From NCBI GenBank assembly GCA_016180755.1, contig JACPAO010000064.1, forward strand, positions 1-36,414: DNA of 36,414 bases, in the 5' to 3' direction. Source of the stretch: Methanobacteriota archaeon. GTDB taxonomy: Archaea > Thermoplasmatota > E2 > JACPAO01. This document shows positions 36,201-36,414 of the stretch, piece after piece; the first letter of the stretch is position 1; each line of letters opens with the position of its first letter. A program made the position numbers and the translations under genes. The notes under the pieces are model-generated. The model did no database searches. It saw only the letters and a program-made list of their open reading frames with translations, and had not been told where the DNA came from.

Positions 36201-36414
36201 TTCGTCCTCACCGCGAGGGCTATGTCGGTTCGCAGCCCGACGGGGCCGTTGGATGCCGGGGGAATCGATGCGGAGCGGTCATGCCTGTTTTGGTAGCCAC
36301 GTTTGCGGGAGAGGGCCGCCCGACGGGTCAGACGGCGCCGCGGCGGCCAGGTGCTCGCGGAAGGGCGGGCTGCAGGTGAGCCTGGGGCTCAGGGTGGTGA
36401 ACATGTGGCGCGAA

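Noticed and set aside
135-36379. Many long alternative-frame and antisense ORFs (e.g. 17917-20232, 21145-23841, 30311-33964, 13433-15136, most of 3681-5681)
   Set aside because: Arg/Gly/Pro-rich shadow ORFs expected at high GC; they overlap genes with clear family motifs.
1-36414. CRISPR array, IS element, DGR or retron
   Set aside because: No regularly spaced DNA repeats, and no cas, transposase or reverse transcriptase motifs found.
36200-36414. Possible CDS at the right edge
   Set aside because: No recognisable motif or consistent codon pattern in the short available stretch.

Overview
High-GC archaeal chromosomal DNA. Archaeal-type TyrRS, ribosomal protein eS6, DtdA deacylase and TATA-like promoters support an archaeon; a Thermoplasmatota-like lineage is my inference only. 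The left half (1-17.7 kb) is mostly housekeeping and accessory genes: a haloalkane-dehalogenase-like hydrolase, a metallophosphoesterase, aguB-aguA, tRNA-Pro(CGG), tyrS, DUF420, a methyltransferase, a PKD lipoprotein, dtdA, two membrane-anchored extracytoplasmic double-winged-helix regulators, a VapBC pair and a stand-alone Asn-synthase-like domain. The right half holds a ~17 kb cell-surface locus: a divergent STAND-like ATPase with degenerate catalytic motifs, a 2425-aa S-layer-like protein ending in a cytoplasmic zinc ribbon, a 1677-aa secreted protein with Ca-binding and Cys repeats, a 972-aa anchored Ig/TSP3 protein and a 2-TM protein carrying two copies of the same zinc ribbon. rps6e and a second TA pair follow. 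The two strongest unexplained signals are (1) a strand-polarised TT-V-T6-7-R motif that occurs seven times inside coding sequences at the cost of rare codons, and (2) the zinc-ribbon-linked surface-protein module with its pseudo-ATPase and inverted-repeat-flanked promoter. No CRISPR array, integrase or transposase was seen.
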